From positions 7,469 to 71,468 of the IMG/VR virus record IMGVR_UViG_3300046474_000237: a stretch of DNA of 64,000 nt; one strand, written 5' to 3'. The notes under the pieces are model-generated. The model searched no databases, had not been told where the DNA came from, and saw nothing but the letters and a program-made list of their open reading frames with translations. This stretch comes from a virus (Duplodnaviria; Heunggongvirae; Uroviricota; Caudoviricetes). The position numbers and the translations under genes are program-made. The stretch's first letter is position 1, and the number at the start of each line of letters is the position of its first letter. Of the stretch, positions 43,564 to 53,460 are shown piece after piece.

Positions 43564-44700
43564 ATGTCACACAGTAAACTGTATCATGAAGCAGCACAAA
43601 TGTACGCTGCAACTTTCGGTAGTAAAAAACTCGCAGTAGACACAGAAGAAAAGCAGTATGACCTGGCAGTTGTAATGGGTCGATTTGAACCGCTCCACGC
43701 AGGGCATCAGATTCTCCTCAACAAGGCGTTGATGGTAGCTGATAGGGTGCTGGTTCTTATCGGATCTTCGAATGCGCCACGTACTATCAAGAACCCGTTC
43801 ACTTATGAAGAACGTGCTCAAATGGTAGTCCAGTCGGTCGGTACTTCAGAAGTAATGACGGCTCCGCTCGTTGACAATCCTTACTCAGATGATGAGTGGG
43901 TTAAGCAAGTTCAGGACGAAATCAAGTCTGCTCTTATCGCAGGCCATTCTTGGTCTGATAAAGATGTTCCACGCAAAGTCGCAATCGTCGGTAACAAGAA
44001 AGATGAAAGTTCGTATTACCTGGATTTGTTTCCGCAGTATGAATATGTATCTGTCGATGAAGTAAAGCTTGGTTTCGACGCTACGACCATTCGGGAAGTA
44101 ATCTTTGAGAGGCCCGGTTTCATCGAGCTTCTCAAGAGCTTAGTACCGGAGTATACTTTTAGCTTCATCAGGGAATTCATCAAGACCTCGGAGTATCTCC
44201 GTCTGGTACGTGAATACAAGATGGTGCAGAAGTATAAAGATTCCTGGAAGGCAGCTCCGTATGCGCCTACGTTTGTGACGGTCGATGCAATTTGCAAGAA
44301 GGCTGGACACGTCCTCATGGTTAGGCGTAAGGCTGCTCCTGGAGAGGGACTCTGGGCATTGCCAGGTGGGTTCCTAGAACAAAAAGAGAGACTTACAGAT
44401 GGTGCGATCCGTGAACTACAAGAGGAAACTTCGTTGGACCTCCCAAGAGGTTTACTTAGCGGTAGTATGTCTACCGGTGTTGTTTTTGATCATCCTGGGC
44501 GTAGCTTGCGCGGTAGAACTATTACGCATGCTTTTCTCTTTGATCTGGACCGTGCGGACAAAAAGCCAGGCCTTCCTAGAGTCAAAGGCGCGGATGACGC
44601 AGTAGAAGCAAAATGGATTCCCATTGCGGAACTCCTTAAGATGTCAGACCAGATCTTTGAAGATCATCTGAGCATTATCCGTACAGTACTTGGTGTATAA
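43564..44700 (+). CDS. nadM: bifunctional NMN adenylyltransferase / Nudix hydrolase (NadM-Nudix)
   Basis: HxGH motif VVMGRFEPLHAGH at the N-terminus. Nudix box GGFLEQKERLTDGAIRELQEETSL at the C-terminus. Confidence 0.7.
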   Translation: MSHSKLYHEAAQMYAATFGSKKLAVDTEEKQYDLAVVMGRFEPLHAGHQILLNKALMVADRVLVLIGSSNAPRTIKNPFTYEERAQMVVQSVGTSEVMTAPLVDNPYSDDEWVKQVQDEIKSALIAGHSWSDKDVPRKVAIVGNKKDESSYYLDLFPQYEYVSVDEVKLGFDATTIREVIFERPGFIELLKSLVPEYTFSFIREFIKTSEYLRLVREYKMVQKYKDSWKAAPYAPTFVTVDAICKKAGHVLMVRRKAAPGEGLWALPGGFLEQKERLTDGAIRELQEETSLDLPRGLLSGSMSTGVVFDHPGRSLRGRTITHAFLFDLDRADKKPGLPRVKGADDAVEAKWIPIAELLKMSDQIFEDHLSIIRTVLGV

Positions 44701-44752
44701 ACAAGTCCCGGAGAAAGACTCTGGGCATTTCTTAATTAACGAGGCGTTAATC

Positions 44753-46150
44753 ATGTCACAATTCAAAATCAATCCCCTTCTAAACGCAGACTCATATAAG
44801 CACAGCCACTTCCTTCAATACCCGGAAGGTGCTACTGCATTGTCTTCCTACGTCGAAGCACGTAAGGACAATAGCGGTTTCGGCATTACTCATGTAACTC
44901 CGTTTGGTCTTCAAGGCTATATCAAGGATCATCTGCTTACTCCGATCACTGCTAAAGATGTAGCTCAAGCGGCTGCGGTTTGCAAGGTTCATGGTGAGCC
45001 TTTTGCAGAAGATGCATTCCGTAAGGTAGTAGAAGTATATGGTGGTCTTGCACCTATCACTATTCGGGCTGTTGAAGAAGGCCGTCAAGTTCCGATTGGC
45101 AATGCGCTGATCGATGTCGAATGTCACGACAAAGACATGCTGTGGATGGGATCTTTCTATGAAACACAAATCCTTCGTGCGGCTTGGTACGGCACTACGG
45201 TTGCAACTGTTAGCCGCCACTGTAAAGAAATTATTTTCAAGGGACTTGTTGATACTTGTGACAAGCCACTTGATGAACTTCCTTTTAAGCTGCACGATTT
45301 CGGCGCTCGGGGTGCTAGTTCTGCTGAAACTTCTGCTATTGCTGGCGCCGCGCACTTAGTAAATTTCATGGGCACGGACACTATGCTTGGCATGGAGTAC
45401 GCTAACCAATTCTACGGAGCTGACTATGCCAATCTTGGCTTTAGTATTCCTGCTGCTGAGCATAGTACTATTACTAGCTGGGGCCGTAACGGAGAAGCAC
45501 AAGCGTACCGCAACATGGCTGAGAAGTTTGGCAATGGTCTCTTCGCTGTCGTATCTGATAGTTATGATATTTTTAACGCCGTAAAGAATGTATGGGGCGG
45601 TGAACTGCGTGATTTTGTCCTCGCTTTGCCTGGCACTCTCGTTGTTAGACCTGACTCCGGCGATCCGGTATCGGTTGTTAGGACTGTTGTGGGGATTCTC
45701 GCAGACAAGTTCGGATACACGACAAACGGTAAGGGATTCAAAGTCCTGAACAAGGTTCGAGTCATTCAAGGTGACGGTGTGAATCCTACTTCCATTCAAG
45801 CCATCCTCACGGCTCTTAAAATGGATGGTTTCAGTGCTGAGAACGTTGCATTCGGTATGGGTGGTGCCTTGCATCAAAAAATCGATAGGGATACATTTTC
45901 GTTTGCAATGAAGGCCTCAGCTATAGAAATCGATGGTAAGTGGAATGATGTGTACAAGGATCCGATTGCTGGTGGAAAGACTAGCAAACGCGGTCGTCTG
46001 GCACTGGTAGAAGACGAGAAGGGTGAACTGACTACGATTCGTCGTGAAAATGCAATGGGTCGTGACGATCATCTCGAAGTAGTGTACACTGGTGGTAAGC
46101 TTATCAAGGAACTGACATTCAACGAAGTACGTAGGAACGCTGCAATCTAA
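44753..46150 (+). CDS. nadV: nicotinamide phosphoribosyltransferase
   Basis: MSQFKINPLLNADSYKHSH N-terminus typical of NadV/Nampt. RBS gagg. The six-frame ORF starts at 44690. Confidence 0.7.
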   Translation: MSQFKINPLLNADSYKHSHFLQYPEGATALSSYVEARKDNSGFGITHVTPFGLQGYIKDHLLTPITAKDVAQAAAVCKVHGEPFAEDAFRKVVEVYGGLAPITIRAVEEGRQVPIGNALIDVECHDKDMLWMGSFYETQILRAAWYGTTVATVSRHCKEIIFKGLVDTCDKPLDELPFKLHDFGARGASSAETSAIAGAAHLVNFMGTDTMLGMEYANQFYGADYANLGFSIPAAEHSTITSWGRNGEAQAYRNMAEKFGNGLFAVVSDSYDIFNAVKNVWGGELRDFVLALPGTLVVRPDSGDPVSVVRTVVGILADKFGYTTNGKGFKVLNKVRVIQGDGVNPTSIQAILTALKMDGFSAENVAFGMGGALHQKIDRDTFSFAMKASAIEIDGKWNDVYKDPIAGGKTSKRGRLALVEDEKGELTTIRRENAMGRDDHLEVVYTGGKLIKELTFNEVRRNAAI

Positions 46151-46190
46151 AAGGAGGTCGCTATGAAATAATTCTATATGGAGTTAACTC

Positions 46191-46379
46191 ATGGCATTCG
46201 AAACTGATAAAGAATATCCTAATCGCAAAGACAACCGTCGTGTTTACAAGTATAACTATGCCAAAAGCGTAGACCGTACTTGTCGTAATCATGGTGGTTG
46301 CAACTGGTGTATGGGTAATCGGTTTTACTCTACTAACAAACTCTTGGTGAAAGCTAAGGACATGTTAGAAAATGACTGA
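46191..46379 (+). CDS. hypothetical protein
   Basis: 62-aa ORF. Confidence 0.4.
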   Translation: MAFETDKEYPNRKDNRRVYKYNYAKSVDRTCRNHGGCNWCMGNRFYSTNKLLVKAKDMLEND

Positions 46380-46382
46380 CAC

Positions 46383-46419
46383 GAAACCGGGCTTAAACGC
46401 TCGGTTTCTTTTTTTTTAG
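46383..46419 (+). terminator. rho-independent terminator
   Basis: gaaaccg...cggtttc followed by a T10 run. Confidence 0.65.
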
Positions 46420-46434
46420 TTTTTTGATCTATTC

Positions 46435-46444
46435 TTGGTATAAG
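46435..46444 (+). promoter_or_regulatory. phage promoter motif TTGGTATAAG
   Basis: Followed by box taaattgtaggaaac. Confidence 0.55.
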
Positions 46445-46502
46445 TAAATTGTAGGAAACTAATTATATTAATTTTCACAAACCAAAAGGACCAAGAGAAA
46501 AA

Positions 46503-46859
46503 ATGTTCATCGTTCAACTCATTCTGGTAATTTTTGCAATTTTCACTTTGGCTATCATCTGCGTTGCATACACGCAGTGCAAGATGAACACCGAAGCATG
46601 GAAGGACAGGGTTGCGTACAAGCTTCAAAGATCGTTCCACCTGCAAGAGCGAATTGCAGTTCAACTCACCGATTTGCATTTCCCCACCTTCCAGACTGTC
46701 TTTGCAGATCAGCCGCATCCGGATATCGCCGCTCACCAGATTTTCTGGGACGAGGGTGTGCAAGAGTTTTTGAACCGCACGCATTACTCGCCTGAGCTTG
46801 GCTTCCCCTACCATATGTTCTCTCGTCAGAACTATGGCCGTATCAACATTGAAGTTTAA
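46503..46859 (+). CDS. hypothetical protein
   Basis: 118-aa ORF. Confidence 0.5.
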   Translation: MFIVQLILVIFAIFTLAIICVAYTQCKMNTEAWKDRVAYKLQRSFHLQERIAVQLTDLHFPTFQTVFADQPHPDIAAHQIFWDEGVQEFLNRTHYSPELGFPYHMFSRQNYGRINIEV

Positions 46860-46980
46860 ACTCCTCGCATGCATGACTAGCCTAACTCGGAGATTGTATA
46901 TGTCTGGTATCTACACGTACGCTGCAATATTTGCAGTGGTATACGCTGTGTGTTGGCTAGTCATGCGCTAGGGAGAAAAC

Positions 46981-47337
46981 ATGTTTACGCTCCTGTTTTT
47001 TCTCTTCACCAAACATCTGATCGTGGACTTCCCACTTCAGACAAACTGGATGGCCTTCAACAAAGGTAACTTTGCTCACCTCGGTGGTTACGCACATGCT
47101 GCATTGCACGGCTTGACTACTGGCATCATCCTATTTGCGTTTGGATTAGAGATGTTCTGGTTCTGGGCCTTGGCAGAGTTCGTCGCACATTATCTCATCG
47201 ACTACTCCAAGGTCAATCTCTGTAAGGCCTACGACCTCCACCACAAAACTCATGGGTTCTGGTGGGCGTTGGGCTTCGATCAATATCTGCATGCGCTTTG
47301 TTACTTGATCATTGCGAATGCATACTTCGGGAATTGA
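46981..47337 (+). CDS. membrane protein (DUF3307-like)
   Basis: Multiple TM segments. IVDFPLQTNWMAFNKG. Confidence 0.45.
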   Translation: MFTLLFFLFTKHLIVDFPLQTNWMAFNKGNFAHLGGYAHAALHGLTTGIILFAFGLEMFWFWALAEFVAHYLIDYSKVNLCKAYDLHHKTHGFWWALGFDQYLHALCYLIIANAYFGN

Positions 47338-47341
47338 AATC

Positions 47342-47605
47342 ATGACTTCGATCAACGCTTTGGAAACCGTGGAACACATGGACGGTATGATCGACTCTGC
47401 AATGGAGTCCATCGATCTTGCAAAAATGAACTTGACACCGGCGCAGATAATGCTCATTCGTAGCGAAATGGTAAACATGTTCGTTGGCGGTTACGTCCGT
47501 CGTCAAGAAGAAGCTCGCAAGGCTAACCAGGAATTGAATAAGTCTATTTCGGACATGAAGGAAACCATCGAAGAACTTGCGCAGTCTTTCGGCGTCAAGT
47601 TATAA
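47342..47605 (+). CDS. hypothetical protein
   Basis: ATG 5 nt after the upstream stop. The six-frame ORF starts at 47312. Confidence 0.45.
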   Translation: MTSINALETVEHMDGMIDSAMESIDLAKMNLTPAQIMLIRSEMVNMFVGGYVRRQEEARKANQELNKSISDMKETIEELAQSFGVKL

Positions 47606-47611
47606 GTTTCA

Positions 47612-47640
47612 AGCCCGGGATTTCCTGGGCTTTCTTTTTT
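47612..47640 (+). terminator. rho-independent terminator
   Basis: agcccggga tttc ctgggct followed by ttctttttt. Confidence 0.6.
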
Positions 47641-47648
47641 GTTTAACA

Positions 47649-47867
47649 ATGAAAAGCAGAATTCACATTGATCAACACGCTATCAGGGCAAACAACAAGA
47701 ATGGTACTCAGTTGCCTGTTATTAGCGTAAAGACTTATAAGTCAAACACGAAGTGTCATGAAGTAGAAATCAATGGACCTTCAAAATTGGTATATTCGCC
47801 TGACAAGCCTCTGTCATGCGGGGCGCGGGTATGGATTGAAACGGAGGCAGAAGTAATTACTAAATGA
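47649..47867 (+). CDS. hypothetical protein
   Basis: First ATG after the terminator, in the frame of six-frame ORF 47577. Confidence 0.45.
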   Translation: MKSRIHIDQHAIRANNKNGTQLPVISVKTYKSNTKCHEVEINGPSKLVYSPDKPLSCGARVWIETEAEVITK

Positions 47868-48013
47868 AAAAGTTCTTTATAGGTTGTACATGCGCAACTG
47901 CCTTTATGGCTGGCTGGGGAATCGCACAGTCTAACTGGGTATTTGTTTTTATCGAAGCTGTAATCTCAATTTGCTGTTTAATATTTGCTACTCACGCGGA
48001 CAAACAAAAATGA
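47864..48013 (+). CDS. small membrane protein (49 aa)
   Basis: ATGA overlaps at both ends. Hydrophobic. Confidence 0.3.
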   Translation: MKKFFIGCTCATAFMAGWGIAQSNWVFVFIEAVISICCLIFATHADKQK

Positions 48014-48612
48014 CTAACAAAGTAATTCTCTTGATCGACATGGACGGCGTTATGGCCGATTGGACCAAGCGAGTCCTGGCAACCTACGCTGAAAAATACC
48101 CTGATCGATTCGTGCCTAAGCAAGAAGATGTAACAGAGTTTTTCATTGAAGGGTTGTTTCCGGAAGAGCACAGAAATGATCTGCTCGCAATTCCTCGTAC
48201 AAAGGGGTTCTATTCTTCCCTAGATACGATTCCAGGTGCAATCGAAGCACTAAAGGACATTGAAGAGAATTGTAAGGACTTTATCGAACCTTACATCTGC
48301 AGCGCACCTGAGCTTGACTTCGAAGACATGCTCTGTCATTCTGAGAAGGCTCAGTGGGTTAAGAAAACCCTTGGAGATTTCTGGCTTAAGAAAATGATCC
48401 TTACCAAGGATAAAACTGTAGTTCGCGGGGATTTCATCATCGATGACAAACCTGTGATTACTGGTGCTATGGAACCCCAGTGGGAACAGATTCATCTGAA
48501 ACAACCTTATACCCCCAGCACGGCTGAGATTGTTTTCGAATGGAGTCAGTGGACTCATTTGAAGGCTCAACTTCGTTATATTGCTGAGAGCAATTATTTC
48601 GGACTTAATTAA
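48010..48612 (+). CDS. 5'(3')-deoxyribonucleotidase (HAD superfamily, NT5C-like)
   Basis: KVILLIDMDGVMADW (DxDGV motif). Confidence 0.6.
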   Translation: MTNKVILLIDMDGVMADWTKRVLATYAEKYPDRFVPKQEDVTEFFIEGLFPEEHRNDLLAIPRTKGFYSSLDTIPGAIEALKDIEENCKDFIEPYICSAPELDFEDMLCHSEKAQWVKKTLGDFWLKKMILTKDKTVVRGDFIIDDKPVITGAMEPQWEQIHLKQPYTPSTAEIVFEWSQWTHLKAQLRYIAESNYFGLN

Positions 48613-48623
48613 GAAGTCCGATT

Positions 48624-48633
48624 TTGGTATAAG
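48624..48633 (+). promoter_or_regulatory. phage promoter motif TTGGTATAAG
   Basis: Followed by box agagttgtaggac. Confidence 0.5.
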
Positions 48634-48726
48634 AGAGTTGTAGGACAAACTTACTTTTATGTTTAGGGTAGGTGACTTACATGCTCTCTTGCATATAAGC
48701 ATCACCCTAACTTAAAGTGTACAAAC

Positions 48727-50247
48727 ATGAACGTAACTCGTATATCAGGTCTAACCCCAGTAGTAGCTAACACAACGTTTAGCGGACGTTGTATTTTCGA
48801 TGAAGGCGGGGTCCTTCAACCAGCGTCAGGCGTAACAGTAACTTTTGCAAATGCGCTGATTGACGCTAGCGATTATCAGATTATTTTCGACCTATCAAAA
48901 GGCGGAACAATTGCTGGTTCAATCTACAATGATTATCACTCAGGAGTATGGTACGGCGCTGACTTCACTGGTCTGAGTCAGACTGGTACAAAAGTCCAAG
49001 CAGCCTTTGATTCGCCTCTCACCGCAAACGTTAAACTGGTGCGAGGGATGTATCTATGTTCAGGTGTGCAGCTAAAGCTGATCGATAAGCACCTTATGTG
49101 TTCAACCTATCGTATGGGTGGACAAAATGATGGTGTAATTTTGCGCTGGTCACAAGACATGGGCGCTGGCACTGCTTGTCTACAGATGTATAACGGCGGA
49201 AGGAAGCTTGATACAGCTAAGTACCGTGGATTCAAGATCATGGGTCCTGGTCAGAAGGGCGCTGTAATTGGTTCTACTGGTTGTATGATGGACGGTATCA
49301 TCTTTGGTAATGGCGGTAATCACAAGTTCGATGCTAAAGATCTTTTCGTAACAGGCGTGCGATTCGCATATACAGCCTGGACGAATGACGGCCATAGCTC
49401 ACTTGATAATGTTGGTGGAACTGGTAATTTCGCAACTTGGAATATGCTAAGTACCGGTGGTGACTGGACTTGGAAGAAGTGCTCAAGCAATGCAGAGCAA
49501 CGTGCAGCATTTTATTTGCCGAAGAACGGAAGCTTCGGTGTACATGCAGACATGGACGACTATTTTAACGGATATGCTCCCTACTTCGTCTATCAGGACA
49601 ATGTCATTGATCCACGTCTAGCATCTACAGCCACAGCTGGTCTGACAGTTTCCTCATCCTGGAGACGTATCGGCTGTGAGAGACTTGGTAATGCATTCAT
49701 TAACCTGTTGCCGACTGATTCGAATCTATTCCAACTAAAGCTTAGCGATAGCGGTTGGGATTCATTTGTAAGTGGGGCAGCAGTGATTCCCGGCGAAGCA
49801 CAAGACTTCGCAATAAAGGTTGGTTATATTGAAGGACTTGATTTAAACGATACTCTGGAGTCTGGTGGTGCTGGAACTCTTTCAGCATTTAATTCTGGAG
49901 TAATCAAAGTTCTAAATAGTAGTTCACGAGGCATCTCAGCTACTAGACTTCACAACCTGCCCCCTGTAGGAAAGACATTTTTGGCTGGCACTACTAAGGC
50001 GCGTATAATTCCGCAGACTTATAATATGCCAGTTATCAATATTCCTGCAGGGCAAACTATTGGAACATACACTGCTTCAGACTTTGAAGCGTGCAGTAAG
50101 TCAAACTGGTTTCCTCAGATTAGAAATGATTTAGGTGTAGATGATGCATCTTTATCTATTAGCGGTAATGTTGTAAAGGTAACACTTTCTGAAGCACTGA
50201 CGTTTGCTGTAACTTTTATTCTAAATCTTTACGGACCAGGAAACTGA
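48727..50247 (+). CDS. putative tail fibre / tailspike-like beta-helix protein
   Basis: 506 aa, rich in G/T/S/N with repetitive beta-strand-like segments and no enzymatic motifs. Assignment by composition only. Confidence 0.3.
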   Translation: MNVTRISGLTPVVANTTFSGRCIFDEGGVLQPASGVTVTFANALIDASDYQIIFDLSKGGTIAGSIYNDYHSGVWYGADFTGLSQTGTKVQAAFDSPLTANVKLVRGMYLCSGVQLKLIDKHLMCSTYRMGGQNDGVILRWSQDMGAGTACLQMYNGGRKLDTAKYRGFKIMGPGQKGAVIGSTGCMMDGIIFGNGGNHKFDAKDLFVTGVRFAYTAWTNDGHSSLDNVGGTGNFATWNMLSTGGDWTWKKCSSNAEQRAAFYLPKNGSFGVHADMDDYFNGYAPYFVYQDNVIDPRLASTATAGLTVSSSWRRIGCERLGNAFINLLPTDSNLFQLKLSDSGWDSFVSGAAVIPGEAQDFAIKVGYIEGLDLNDTLESGGAGTLSAFNSGVIKVLNSSSRGISATRLHNLPPVGKTFLAGTTKARIIPQTYNMPVINIPAGQTIGTYTASDFEACSKSNWFPQIRNDLGVDDASLSISGNVVKVTLSEALTFAVTFILNLYGPGN

Positions 50248-50260
50248 TTAAGGGGTTAGT

Positions 50261-50392
50261 ATGTTGTTCAAGCACAAGCAAAAGGGTTTTACAATTTTCG
50301 AACTGTGGTTTCTATTGATTGGCCTTGTATCTTTTGGGGTTCTCGGTACGTTTGTTTACGTCGGGGTGCACTTCATTTCCAAGTGGTGGTAG
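50261..50392 (+). CDS. small membrane protein (43 aa)
   Basis: RBS aagggg 7 nt upstream. One TM helix. Confidence 0.35.
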   Translation: MLFKHKQKGFTIFELWFLLIGLVSFGVLGTFVYVGVHFISKWW

Positions 50393-50396
50393 CAAA

Positions 50397-50621
50397 ATGA
50401 GTTTATACGACTGTCGTAAGTGTGGGCGCATCAACGTTTCGTTTGATCATAGCTGTGATCGCTATGAACCTTCCGTTATGGAAGTACCCGTGAGCGTACT
50501 CATTGATGCATGTACAACGTATAACGATTTCGTAAGAAAGTATTGTCCTAGTGGAACTGCATACGCTAATGTCAATGCAATGCGGGCTACTCTCCATTCT
50601 GTTTTGAACAAGGAAAAGTAA
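50397..50621 (+). CDS. hypothetical Cys-rich protein
   Basis: CRKCG...C...C. The six-frame ORF starts at 50319. Confidence 0.4.
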   Translation: MSLYDCRKCGRINVSFDHSCDRYEPSVMEVPVSVLIDACTTYNDFVRKYCPSGTAYANVNAMRATLHSVLNKEK

Positions 50622-50622
50622 A

Positions 50623-51378
50623 GTGAACGACATCGATTTGAAGCGTAAGAAGGTTGCGGGGATCGTGAAGTTGGTAATCGGTGCAGTTGCGATTGCTATC
50701 TTGGCTCCTACAATCATGCTGCTGGTCAAAGGCTTGGTTGGTATCGGCATTGCTGGTCTTGTGGCGTTGGCTATTGTCAACTTCGCACCAGTGATCTCGA
50801 TGAAGTTTGCCAACTGGAAGATCAAGGCCATCGTCGCTGAAGCCAAGAGCAATCCGATTGAAACAATGATCAGTGTTGCTCATGCTCGGCAGGATAAGCT
50901 TCTGGAGGCAAAGAATGCCATTGCGAATCTGAGCACGCAGATTAAAAACTTCCGGGATAAACTGGCAGGATTTAAACAGCAATGGCCGGATCAATCGGAT
51001 GTCTTTGAGAAGAATGCTGCCAACATGGAAGCGGTTCTCAAAAAATGGCAAGACAATTACCGTATTGCTGATGGGGCTCTGTCGCAGTACTGGAAAGAGA
51101 TCGATAAATGCCAAGCGGTAAACGCAATGGCCATCGAGATGCAGAAGCTGAACAACATGGCTCAGATGGATTCTGACAAGTTGCTGGAAGAACTTAAGTC
51201 GAAAACTGCAATCGACGCCGTAAGCGAGAACATGAACCATGCAATGTCTCAGCTCGAAACGTCGCTGTTGACTGAAGTTCCGGGAAAGGTTATTACTCCT
51301 CAGACGGCTTCGCTTCTTTCCAATGATCCTTCGCAGGTAGTTGATTTCCACAGCATTAAGGTTGCCAAGGAGGCGTGA
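50623..51378 (+). CDS. membrane-anchored coiled-coil protein
   Basis: GTG start. Two N-terminal TM helices followed by a long coiled coil. Confidence 0.45.
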   Translation: MNDIDLKRKKVAGIVKLVIGAVAIAILAPTIMLLVKGLVGIGIAGLVALAIVNFAPVISMKFANWKIKAIVAEAKSNPIETMISVAHARQDKLLEAKNAIANLSTQIKNFRDKLAGFKQQWPDQSDVFEKNAANMEAVLKKWQDNYRIADGALSQYWKEIDKCQAVNAMAIEMQKLNNMAQMDSDKLLEELKSKTAIDAVSENMNHAMSQLETSLLTEVPGKVITPQTASLLSNDPSQVVDFHSIKVAKEA

Positions 51379-51379
51379 G

Positions 51380-51574
51380 ATGGTGAAGGTCGTCGGGCAG
51401 GATAGCACTGTAGCCAAACGCATCACGTGTAAGAACTGTGGTGCTATCAACGAATACCTCCCTGCAGATGTGCGTGAGCTTTATCGGGGAAGAGACATTA
51501 GTGGTTGCGGAGAAGGTCGTGATGGCTTTAACTGCGGCCAGTGCGGAAAGGAAGTAATTACTAAATCGTGGTGA
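51380..51574 (+). CDS. zinc-ribbon protein
   Basis: RBS aaggaggcg. CKNCG...CGQCG. Confidence 0.45.
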   Translation: MVKVVGQDSTVAKRITCKNCGAINEYLPADVRELYRGRDISGCGEGRDGFNCGQCGKEVITKSW

Positions 51575-51705
51575 AATATGTATAAGAAAGACAGAGAGGC
51601 TTTTGACATTTGGAATATTTACAGTCCTGACGGCGACTATGTTTGCGCAGTAAGTTCCGAAACCGAAGCCGATGTTCTTCTCTCCCATCTCAACCGAGGC
51701 TAATC

Positions 51706-51891
51706 ATGCCCGTTATAGACATTCACTGCAGTCATTGCGGACAGAAACTGGTACATCAACGCGGTCCTATGTGGCATGGCGAAGCTGACATAGCTCCACA
51801 GTACTGTTGGGTAGATCCCGTGCATGGCTCACAGCTTCACAAGCCTGCTATCAACTTGGAACTTTCTTCGGAATATTCAAATGCTGTTTAG
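51706..51891 (+). CDS. zinc-ribbon protein
   Basis: RBS gagg. CSHCG. Confidence 0.4.
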   Translation: MPVIDIHCSHCGQKLVHQRGPMWHGEADIAPQYCWVDPVHGSQLHKPAINLELSSEYSNAV

Positions 51892-52057
51892 ACTGATTAC
51901 CAGCCTTCTGGTGGTCCTGGTTTGTGTGGGTGGCTACTTCGCCTTCAACCGGGACTCCGGATCGGTTCAGACGGGCTCTGACACAGCCCAAACCCAATCG
52001 GCAGCTCCGGCTGCTTCCTCCGACGATAACGCTTTCAAAGACCTAAAGGTAAACTGA
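51881..52057 (+). CDS. small membrane protein
   Basis: TM helix LITSLLVVLVCVGGYFAF. Confidence 0.35.
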   Translation: MLFRLITSLLVVLVCVGGYFAFNRDSGSVQTGSDTAQTQSAAPAASSDDNAFKDLKVN

Positions 52058-52058
52058 C

Positions 52059-52982
52059 ATGTTCAACAACAAGTACAACAACCGTCGCTGGATCTACGGA
52101 ATGATCGTAGGTGCACTGATCACGTGGCTCGTCATGCACAATGCACACGCCCAATCCCTCACCGTGGCAACTGGTGGACCGAAGGGAACGTACTCGGCAA
52201 TGTTCAAGGAACTGAATCAACGCTGCGGGCTTGGCGAAATCAAGGAACTGAACAGCCTGGGTTCGAACGACAACATCGACAAGCTGGTGGCCAATCAGGT
52301 CAACGGTGCAATCGTTCAGATGGACGTTATCTTCTTCCGTTCGAAGACCGAAGATCTGTCGAAGATCAAAACCCTGTTCTCGCTTCATCCGGAACAAGTT
52401 CACTTCCTTGCACGCGGCGATGGTGTGAAAGAAGGTGGCTTCATGGGTATCGGCGGAAAGGAAGTCAAGTTCCAGACGATCTCGGATCTGAATGGTCGTA
52501 ATATTGGTGCGGCTGGAGGTTCGGTATTGACGGCCAAGGTTGTCAAGGCTCAAGCCGGTGTGAACTACAACGTGCAAGAGTTCAATACGAACGCAGATGC
52601 TCTCAAAGCGTTGCAGGACAAGACTATCGATGCGGTGGTTATCGTCGGCGGTCAGCCCATGAAAGAAATCGAAGCTCTGCCGCCGATCTACAAGGTCTTG
52701 GCAATTCCCGCTCCGCTGCAAGACAAGCTCAAGAGCGTGTATCAGCCTGCACGGGTCAGCTATCGCAACCTGAATGCTGCTGGTGTTCAAACCGTGTCGG
52801 TGAGTTCGCTTCTGGTGACGCGTGAGTACAAGTCGGCCAAGTTCGTAACGGCGCTCAAGAACTATCGTGAGTGCTTCTACAACAACCTGGACGACCTTCA
52901 GGAGACGACTGGTACGAGCCCTGCTTGGCAAAATGTTGTCAAGTCCGATCAAGGTAAGTGGACGTGGAATGATCTGAAATAA
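52059..52982 (+). CDS. periplasmic solute-binding protein, TAXI/TRAP-type (COG2358-like)
   Basis: Signal peptide, then SLTVATGGPKGTYSAMF resembling the TAXI ATGGxxGxY motif. GC-rich. Confidence 0.4.
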   Translation: MFNNKYNNRRWIYGMIVGALITWLVMHNAHAQSLTVATGGPKGTYSAMFKELNQRCGLGEIKELNSLGSNDNIDKLVANQVNGAIVQMDVIFFRSKTEDLSKIKTLFSLHPEQVHFLARGDGVKEGGFMGIGGKEVKFQTISDLNGRNIGAAGGSVLTAKVVKAQAGVNYNVQEFNTNADALKALQDKTIDAVVIVGGQPMKEIEALPPIYKVLAIPAPLQDKLKSVYQPARVSYRNLNAAGVQTVSVSSLLVTREYKSAKFVTALKNYRECFYNNLDDLQETTGTSPAWQNVVKSDQGKWTWNDLK

Positions 52983-53164
52983 TGGAAAACTTCGCTCACA
53001 TCTACCTGTGTCTTGCAGCGGCTTACTTCATTATGCTGTCAATCTTTTACAAGCAAGATGGTATAAGCGATGTAGTGCAAGATCTTATCGGTTCCATTCT
53101 TTGGCCTATCTGTGCGGTCATGGATCTGTTCTACGAGCTTAAGCCGAAAGACAATCTTCGTTAA
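52982..53164 (+). CDS. small membrane protein
   Basis: ATGA overlap. TM helix. Confidence 0.4.
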   Translation: MENFAHIYLCLAAAYFIMLSIFYKQDGISDVVQDLIGSILWPICAVMDLFYELKPKDNLR

Positions 53165-53202
53165 CTGCCGGGGGTGTTCACATAAGCCCCTCAGGGGAAA
53201 CT

Positions 53203-53418
53203 ATGTGGGCACTCATTGTAGTAACCGTTGCAACGACACCGTATCTCAACCCTGTGATTCCTCAGCCTAAGTATGAGGTTATAGGAACGTATGACACCAT
53301 GCAGCACTGTCAAGATGATGAATTTCTGTACAGTGGCTCTGGCTTTAAAGGTCGTAGGTGGACTGTACCGTATACGTATGACAAGAGGACTCAGTGCATT
53401 AGAGTTCCAAATCAATGA
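53203..53418 (+). CDS. small secreted protein
   Basis: Signal-like N-terminus. RBS gggaaact. Confidence 0.4.
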   Translation: MWALIVVTVATTPYLNPVIPQPKYEVIGTYDTMQHCQDDEFLYSGSGFKGRRWTVPYTYDKRTQCIRVPNQ

Positions 53419-53421
53419 TAC

Positions 53422-53450
53422 AAAGGGCGCTTTTACAGGCCCTTTTTCTT
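53422..53450 (+). terminator. rho-independent terminator
   Basis: aaagggc...gcccttt followed by ttcttt. Confidence 0.5.
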
Positions 53451-53460
53451 TAGGTGTGAC

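Noticed and set aside
44792-45877. Minus-strand ORFs 44792-45355 and 45356-45877
   Set aside because: Antisense to nadV, which has strong family-specific motifs on the + strand.
52035-52952. 305-aa ORF on the minus strand
   Set aside because: It lies entirely antisense to the GC-rich TAXI-like gene 52059-52982. It has no RBS or homology signal and runs against the uniform + strand gene organisation. This is a typical GC-rich antisense artefact.
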